The position numbers and the translations under genes are program-made. A DNA stretch of 64,000 nucleotides from Octopus sinensis (Eukaryota): contig NC_043024.1 of the NCBI RefSeq assembly GCF_006345805.1, positions 12,648,001-12,712,000 of the forward strand. The letters run 5' to 3'. The notes under the pieces are model-generated. The model was not told the DNA's origin. It made no database searches and saw nothing but the letters and a program-made list of their open reading frames with translations. The stretch's first letter is position 1, and each line of letters starts with the position of its first letter. Positions 55,411 to 64,000 of the stretch are shown here, in pieces.

Positions 55411-56006
55411 CCTTTCAGAACCTGATTCGCACTTTATTGACTCAGGAAGGGTGTAAAATAAAAATGACATCGAAAAGATTTGAACGCCCAATGCCCGAAC
55501 GCAAGATATTCGTTCGACGCTTTCACGAAACTTGCCATGGTAACTTATTGATATATTAGCTGAATAAGATTGGAATCAATACACGAATAATCTTGTCTTT
55601 TAAGAAGATTAAAGAGACTTATCGTTCTGTTTTTATACCCTTTCAATGTCTTATCTCTTCCACCTCTACTTTCCCCTCTCTCTCTCTTATTTTTTTCTTT
55701 CATAAAATAAGCACGCATAGTTTTTCTTTATAGTTAAAATATCTTTTAAAAATATACAAATGAATTTATTTGACCTTAGGAATCATTGCTTTGATGTCAC
55801 CATAAAAATCAAATGAAATTTTTCTGTTCCACTCCTCCAGAATTATAGAGCTGAACCTATCAACTCTTAAAATTTTATATATTCTTAATAGACACATCCA
55901 CTTACTCTAAATACTCCGCCCGCCCATTTTCAGTTTTTATCTCTCCGCAACGTTTCTCCTTTGAGCAAGCCAGCCCTACTGCTATCACAATTTCTCTTCC
56001 ACTATG

Positions 56007-56040
<34 letters not shown>

Positions 56041-56042
<2 letters not shown>

Positions 56043-56193
56043 GGAGTAAACACATAAATGTGAAAGGAGGTGAAAAAAAGAGTCCTCAAATACCAGTGGT
56101 AGAGTAATATGCTTTATTTAAAGCAGCAGAAAATTCAACAAAACCTGTTACTCTGAGTTTTCCGTTGCCGTTTAACGGACAATTTTTGCTGTC
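56041..56193 (-). mobile_element. Family I short element after (TA)n, with degenerate HHR at 56145-56182
   Basis: Nearly identical to the reverse complement of 60832-60977. Confidence 0.85.
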
Positions 56194-56322
56194 CTTTTTC
56201 TTGGGAACTTAACTTCCTTGGCCGTTGTAGAATGTATTTTGGGTATATTAAACTTGGTGGAGTCCATCCTACTGTAGTTCTGAGTATTGGAGATCTCTTT
56301 TAGAAAGAGGGAGGGAGGGAGG

Positions 56323-56389
<67 letters not shown>

Positions 56390-58510
56390 GGAATGAAAGT
56401 GAGAAGAATGGATTGAACCCCAGCACTTGTGCATCATCTATCACACTCGAAAGAACGAAGACAAATTGACCTCAGCCAAAACGAATACCACCAACATTTC
56501 AATCCGACTCCGCCAATGCCCCGCCTCACTTATATAAGTATAACGTATTTGTATATATATACGCATGCGTAGACTTTCGATATGTGTTTCTTATACATTT
56601 TACACATACTCCATCCACACACATACACACACACATTATGTTAAAAATTATTTATATAACTTATATCTACATTGTGTGTGTGTATGATATATATACATGT
56701 ATACATTGAATGCATACATACGCAGACACAGTCACACACATCTAATGTATGTATGAACGTATGTGTATGACCACTGTTTGGGAATTGTACGAAAATTTCT
56801 CCGCAATTCGTTTTCGGAGAGCCTCATTTTGGTTTTCAATAGAAATTTCTAGAAAGCTACTTTAAAATGATTTACATTGTGTATTATTTTATGTTAATCT
56901 TCAATATCTGCCTTTTACTTTGTAGAAAACTTTCTCTTTGCTCCAGGCGATGCGCTTTCACCCATTGACATTTAACATTACGATTGTATTCACAAACTCG
57001 GAATGCAAATGTTAGTGTTTTATGCGCTCCATCGAAGATTTTAAGCAATTCCTCTTCTAAAGGAATCCTTTTGATTCCTTAGTACGGTGGTGACAACATA
57101 AACAATGTCTGAAACGATTCCTAAAGTTGAAAATTTTGGTATTTGTTGTCTTGCATTCTGCGCTACAGGAAATATATACCATTAACAGAAGCTATATAAT
57201 GGAAGATTGTTATGAAGCATGAATAAAATTAGCTGTAATGGGTGGAGCTTTCATATTAAAAAGAAATGAATCCGGTGCGTGTGTTGTGGCTATGTACAGC
57301 TGGAACATATTTCGTTCCCAGTTCTTTATTTTTATCCGTTCTTTCCCTCAGATTACAAATGAATATCTCATTACGGAAAAATACAATTTCCTCACAAAGT
57401 TAAGTAGAGACTCTCAGAGAAAACTAAACAGCTGTTTCTATAACCCACGTTAAATATCTTCGTTAAACTTTAGTGAGAAACAATTAAGAGAGAGAGTTGA
57501 TGATGATGCTGCAAAGATGGAGTCTACTTAATTTTATCTGACGAAGACAGCATCTCCCATGATTACCCTCTATTAAGTAATGTTTAATGTAATTCAGTTC
57601 AATCTTATTTTCTGCCATGGTCGGATTGTTTAGTAACTTTCGAATGTTCCAAATATTCAGGTAGGATATATTCCCGTCCTTCAGGTAATGAGTTTTATCA
57701 GAGAAAACCCATCAAACCCACGTGTCACTTTAGAAGTTTCCCTTCTCTTTTATGTCACAAAATGGTACTTCTAATAACTGTTCGAATTACGCTAAAATTT
57801 CGTCAGTCAATTTCTAAAAAGGTTCACAGGTTTATTTTTCCTCTCAAACATTGAAGCGATATAATACATCACGCTATGTTAAAGATTGACGAATAACCTA
57901 TCCTGGTTTCGCAAAGTGCATGTTGCTATTTATATTCTTCTGTCTCAAAATGGTTCTTATTATGTCTTATATACACAAAACCATTCCTTCGAATATCGTC
58001 AATAATAAATAGCAGAACTTGAGGAAACGACTCACCCCGTAGCTTAAGTTATTTCAGTTTAGATGGAGAAATTCATAGAACTTTCTTAGTTACTTTCAGC
58101 ATTTCGATCATGCCGTCGATTTCTTTCCACAGTTAAGGTTGTTTAAAGCGTAAAACTGGATCACACAGACACTGTGACAAGTAGAATACTATCATCGATG
58201 ATTAGGAAGATTAGCATAATCTAGTTTCGAATAATATCCAAGAGGGAATGCTTTACTGCGTCTAAAGATAGACAATCAAGAGAGTGCTAGGCTTTTTGAA
58301 AAAAATTATAAGCGTCTTGAAACAAAGAAAAGAAACAACGCAGCTGATAAAAACAAGATCAATGAAATAAAACAGACGATTTGGAAGGGAACAAAAGAGT
58401 GGAAAAGATTTCACCTGGTTGAAACTTGAAAATTCACACGTCTTGCCGGTTCATGAATATATTGTACAAATCTGTTTGGGGTTATAACGTGTTTACCTTG
58501 CCATGAAAAC

Positions 58511-58586
<76 letters not shown>

Positions 58587-59879
58587 AGAGAAAGAGAGAG
58601 AGAAAGAGAAAGAGAGAGACTAATCAAATCAAAATATCATAATAAATCTTCATATCGTCTCATTTTTTTTTTTTTGTAATCTACTGAATTTACCTGAAAA
58701 CAGTAATGATATAATTTTTAGAAAATGAATTAAACAACTCTTCGCTATATTTCTCTGTTTTTCTCTGTTTTTTTTTTTCTATAAAAATATTTATTTCGTG
58801 ACATTTAAGAATTCATTTTGGGATTTTTTTTTTCTGTTTGTTTGTAGAATTTCGGGGAATGGAAACTTTTATGTTTTTGCACTTCATGAAACTATTGAGA
58901 AATATTTTCTCATATCGCGAAAGTTCGGTTACAGACAGGGATATGGTTCCGTGAGTGCGGTGTTTATTTGCCGATTATGTGGTTCCTAGTTCGATATCTG
59001 TACAAAGCATCATAAGCATCTTTCTAACAAAGCCTTAGGTTATCCAATATCCTTAGTTTGGACCAAACAGATGGAAACCGGCTGGAAGCCCACCCCATAT
59101 ATTACACCATATTGACAAAAAAAGGGCACATAAGCTATCGTAGTCCAAGATAAACAGTGCATGAATAAAAGGCAGGATATCTTCTCTCATTCCATCGTAT
59201 TCCTCTTGGCATCTCAATCGCCCAAAATATTTCCCCTTTAAAATCAATATTCTCAAAATTACAATGTCTCTTCCATTTCCACCTCACTCCCTCTCCCACA
59301 CAATTTTCTTTTTTCTTTCTTTCCTTCTTTCTTTCTTCTTTCCTTTCATTCTCGTACATACAGTTGCTAACTTTATTTCACATCTCACTTCACATTACAC
59401 TTTCATAACCAACTCTATCCTCTCCCCTTCACTCCACACATTTTTTACTCTTTAACTCTCCTTCATGCTCTCTCTTCCTCCCTCCTTCCCTCTCACCTTC
59501 TCTCTCTCTCTCTTTCTCTCTCAATATACACATTACCTCCCTTCCTGATTACCTCCTCTTCGTAGTATTTTCCCATCAACCAGTGAAACACTGTTACACT
59601 TTTTTTCTTCCTTCCTTTCTTTCTCTCTTCCTTTCTTTCTTTCTTCCTATCCATTCATACATTTCCCGCCTTAGATATCAATAAATAAGTAAAACAAAAA
59701 TAAAAGAAGATAATTAAATAAGCGAATAAAATACATAAATAAAGGAGCCAGGAAACAAAGGTATTTATTACCGAGTGATTTGCTCCTGCAATTTCGTATT
59801 GTCAAATGACGCACTGTATACTTAGCGAAGGATATATATTTTCTGGTGTATAATTATATGGAAACTATCTATCTATTTA

Positions 59880-59880
59880 T

Positions 59881-59932
<52 letters not shown>

Positions 59933-60358
59933 ACACACACACAGTGCATTTATTTGAATATGAAGCATGGTTTTTCTTTTCAAGAGTCTTTTAAAGTTGT
60001 GCATAACTGTGTATATGTGTGTGTGAGAGTGAGAGAGAGAGTGTGTGTGTGTGAGTGTCTATATACACCCTCCTCATGTATACATGCATATATCATACAT
60101 ACATACATGCAGACAAATATCCACACATATCGCTGAAAGTATATGCACATGCCAATATATATGTATATATACATACATATATACATACATACGTATATAC
60201 ATACATACATAGATATATACATACGTATATACATACATACATAGATATATACATACATATATACATACATACATACACAGATATATACATACATACACAG
60301 ATATAAACATACATACACAGATATATACATACATACATAGATATATACATACATACAT

Positions 60359-60401
<43 letters not shown>

Positions 60402-60420
60402 ATATACACACACATTCACT
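59880..60420. repeat. (CA)n/(TACA)n/(TA)n microsatellite block
   Basis: Direct reading. Confidence 0.85.
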
Positions 60421-60704
60421 TCCAGGTAGGCGTCTATCCACGTGTGTGCACCAACATATTCACACATACATTTGTAAGTATGAATGAATGCATGTATGTA
60501 CGTACGTGAGTATGTCCGTATGAGTGCAGACAAGAAGTAGGGAAGCGAGTACTCCAAACCAAAATTAGAGTGTAATGGAAACGGAAAACATCAAGTAGCA
60601 CTGCTGTGGCTATCTCGGGACAAGAAACTCGGAGTAACAACACACAGACACACACACGCTATCACACAAATACACACATATTCACACACATAACAAGCGT
60701 GGAA

Positions 60705-60749
<45 letters not shown>

Positions 60750-60750
<1 letters not shown>

Positions 60751-60975
60751 TTTATTTAAAGCAGCAGAAAATTCAACAAAACCTGTTACTCTGAGTTTCC
60801 CGTTGCCGTTCATCGGACAGTTTTTGCTAGAAAAAACTGTCCGATGACGGCAACGGGAAGTTCAGAGTAACAGGTTTTGTTGAATTTTCTGCTGCTTTAA
60901 ATAAAGCATATTACTCTACCACTGATATTTGAGTACTCTTTTTTCCACCTTGTTTTACATTTATGTGTTTACTCC

Positions 60976-60977
<2 letters not shown>
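60750..60977. mobile_element. Family I fold-back element in (TA)n, with an HHR motif in each arm
   Basis: Arms 60750-60825 and 60832-60906, 6-nt spacer; right arm continues to 60977. Confidence 0.85.
60783..60820 (-). ncRNA. Variant minimal hammerhead motif (CCGAUGA core, 2-bp stem II with GCAA loop)
   Basis: CUGU-CCGAUGA-A-CG-gcaa-CG-G-GAAAC-ucaga-GU-A-ACAG. Confidence 0.5.
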
Positions 60978-61026
<49 letters not shown>

Positions 61027-61078
61027 ATAGATAATGTAGTTAAGTTCATATATCTACATGTTCTGATATATATATATA

Positions 61079-61349
61079 TAAAATAATATGTACAATTACT
61101 CAATAGTCCAAGATAAAACTCTGAGTTTCAGATGCCGAAGTGGAAATCCACAACACCATCTCTTCGGTTATCTGGCCAAACGCTATGAAAAACCGAAGAA
61201 ATGGTGTTGTGGATTTCCACTTCGGCATCTGAAACTCAGAGTTTTATCTTGACTATTGAGTAATTGTACATATTATTTTACTGATAAATTTCCTCTATTT
61301 ACATAATATTGAGGTCTCTTTCTTTCTTTTGTTATCTTACCGTTTTTTA

Positions 61350-61352
<3 letters not shown>
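61079..61352. mobile_element. Fold-back short element in (TA)n, with an HHR motif in each arm
   Basis: Arms 61079-61169 and 61191-61280 (one indel, one mismatch), 21-nt spacer; right arm continues to ~61352. Confidence 0.85.
61111..61173 (-). ncRNA. Variant hammerhead motif (CCGAAGA core, hairpin in loop II)
   Basis: AGAUAA-CCGAAGA-GAUG-guguuGUGGauuuCCACuucgg-CAUC-U-GAAAC-ucaga-GU-U-UUAUCU. Confidence 0.55.
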
Positions 61353-61410
<58 letters not shown>

Positions 61411-61697
61411 GAACAAGAGTACTACAGGAGTACGTGCATCGCTAAAGATAGAAGTCAAAAATACTTCTGTCCCGCGGAATGGTCACAAAATTAATATTAA
61501 CCAGCGTTGCTTGTTCTGACGTAGCAGAGGTAAGACAATTTTGTTGTTTCCTGGAATTTTTTCCTACCATGCCTGTATTAATTTTGTGACTATTGTGTGG
61601 CACAGAAGTATTACCTTTGTGTGTGTATGTATATAAATATATATGCGTGTGTGTGTGTGTAAGCACACGACTTACACACACACACACACATATATAC

Positions 61698-61873
61698 ACT
61701 CTTTTACTTATTTTAGTCATTTGACTGCGGCCATGCACCGCCTTTAGTCGGGTCTTATTCTTGGTAAGCCTGGTACCTATAAGTCTCTTTTGCCGAATCG
61801 CTAAGTTACGGGGACATAAACACACCAGCATCGGTTGTCAAGCAATGTTGAGGGGACAAACACAGTCACACAA

Positions 61874-61933
<60 letters not shown>

Positions 61934-62106
61934 ATATATACGACGGGCTTCTTTCAGTTTCCGTCTACCAAATCCACTCGCGAAGCTTCTGTCGGCCCGA
62001 GGCTTTAGTAGAAGAATTTTACCCAAGGGGCCACGCAGTGGGACTGAACCCGGAACCATGTGGCTGGTAAGCAAGCTACTTACCACACAGCCACTCCTGC
62101 GCCTAT
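61698..62106 (-). mobile_element. SINE family A, full length
   Basis: Complete head (ggcgcaggagtggctgtgtggtaagtagcttgc), internal (CA)/(TA) tract and tail. Confidence 0.9.
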
Positions 62107-62529
62107 ATAATATATGTATTATTAATTTGCCTGTAAGGTTGGTATTCGCTTGCCACTAGTGAAGGCCTTTTGATAATACCAGCGTTCTCATATTTACTTA
62201 TATATATATGTGTATACATATGTATATATGCATGTAGTCTCTCTCTTTTTCTGTCTCTCCCTCTCTCACACACGCACGCACACGCTCTCCCTCACACGTA
62301 TCTCCGTACCAGAAAAATAGACGACATTGCATATTTCCCCATTAACTACCATATGTCATTTGCCATACATTTAACATTCTTTACCATTCTCTTAAATCTG
62401 TCTCAATTTCACATACTTCAATTATTTACCTATTACCATAATTTCTTCGAAATGTTCTATTCTCCCACAAATTCTACTGAAGTTCTACAATAATAATAAT
62501 GATCATGATGATGATGATAACAGAAGGGG

Positions 62530-62915
62530 CTACACAATCAATTCGATGCAGTCAAAACAGATGTTGCTTGAAAAATTTGAGGGATTGGCTGAAGTAAGAA
62601 ACCCTAAAAAATTATAAAATAGACCAAAAGCAGAATATTGGCAGCGTAAGACGAAGCTTTGGTCAGGAGCTGATGTGTGAATCTCAGGAATGAACAAATG
62701 TCTGCGCTGTGCCGCATCTGTTACAGTGTGGACGAAACCATTGTCCATGTCATGAACGAATGGCCTAGACTTGTCCAAAATCCACTACAAGTTGTGGCGA
62801 CACGATCAGGTAGCTAAAGTGCTACATTGGTAACTGCTACAAGTGGGGGCTAGAGAGGGGCAAAACGGGGTATGAGCACAAACCGTAGAGAGTGGCGGAG
62901 TCGGAGATTAGCCCT
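62530..62915 (+). mobile_element. R4/Dong-like LINE internal fragment (CCHC knuckle region)
   Basis: CRICYSVDETIVHVMNEW (CxxC..ET..H....C type), YKLWRHDQVAKVLHW, YEHKP; similar to 24090-24140 on the minus strand. Confidence 0.7.
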
Positions 62916-63419
62916 TGCTCTCTTATTCTGAGCAGATGAAGGCTGTTTTTCAGAAGCGCAATGGAGCAATGCTTGCGTGAAGGACGATAGAGAGGAGACG
63001 GTTAATTTATGACAGCGGAAAATAGGAAATACTACAGAAATCCTTTTTCAGTTACTAAAAATAACGATTATATTAATCTGGTCGGATTGGCTGGTCTACA
63101 AATTATTTAGCGATATGTTCCTCTGGAAATAAGTGTAATTCTGATAAATTTAAATATAAAAAGACACAATACGCATATTAAATTATGCAAGCATGCATAC
63201 ATACATACATACATACATACATACATACGTACGTACGTACATACATACATACATACATACATACATACATACATGCATACATACGTACGTACATAAAACA
63301 AAAATACCGTTGTTGATGTTGAAATTCCAATGAATGAGCCTCGGATCTAGGTTAGAAACCGGTTCTTTCTCTATTGGCAAGAAATCTTGAAGTAAACTGA
63401 ATAATGACATACATGCGTT

Positions 63420-63596
63420 CATTATATATATATATTTTTTATATATATTTTATTTTTTATTTTTTATTTTTTATTTTTTATATTCCTTTTTTTAATATTT
63501 TTTTTAATTCTTTTTTATATTCTTTTTTAATTTTTTTTTTTATTTTTTTATTATTTTTTATTTTTTATTATTTTATTTTTTTATTATTTTATTTTT

Positions 63597-63637
<41 letters not shown>

Positions 63638-63745
63638 ATTTTTTTATTTTTTATATTCTTTATTTTATTTTTTATTTTTTATTTTTTATTTTTTATTTTT
63701 TATATTTTATATTTTATTTTTTATTTTTTATTTTTTATTTATTCT
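63420..63745. repeat. T-rich (TTTTTA)n-like repeat
   Basis: Direct reading. Confidence 0.9.
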
Positions 63746-64000
63746 CCTATCTAATTTAACACTGACTCCTTGACCACTCCCCCAAGTATGATTTTTTGCG
63801 CTATGCCTACCCCCAAAAGTCCCCCACCAACACCCCTTTAACCTGCCTAAATGTATAAATGCCAATACATTCTTGTTAACTAGCTTCCTGAGATTTCTCT
63901 TGAATGAAACAGTTCTAGTCCTGTAGAAGCTCCTTCTATATAATAAATTAATTTTACTCTGCTATGTATTGAGTACCTTATTTACTGTGGTTAACCCCGA

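Overview
AT-rich eukaryotic genomic DNA saturated with microsatellites and retroposon debris. The SINE families and repeat landscape suggest a cephalopod such as Octopus (inference, not verified). No host protein-coding gene can be supported: nearly all listed ORFs are translated (TA)n/(CA)n/(GAT)n tracts. Recognisable content: many tRNA-derived SINEs; fragments of CR1/L2-group, RTE-like and R4/Dong-like LINEs; two mariner right ends; and two decayed Penelope-like elements (PLEs; one with RT/thumb plus GIY-YIG remnants, one GIY-YIG only). The most notable signal is a set of short non-coding elements, most inserted in (TA)n tracts, carrying minimal type I hammerhead-ribozyme (HHR) motifs. Four of them are fold-back palindromes with a motif in each arm, one with perfect 170-bp arms. 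Three different families share a non-canonical CCGANGA core. All HHR calls are by-eye structure matches; activity is untested.
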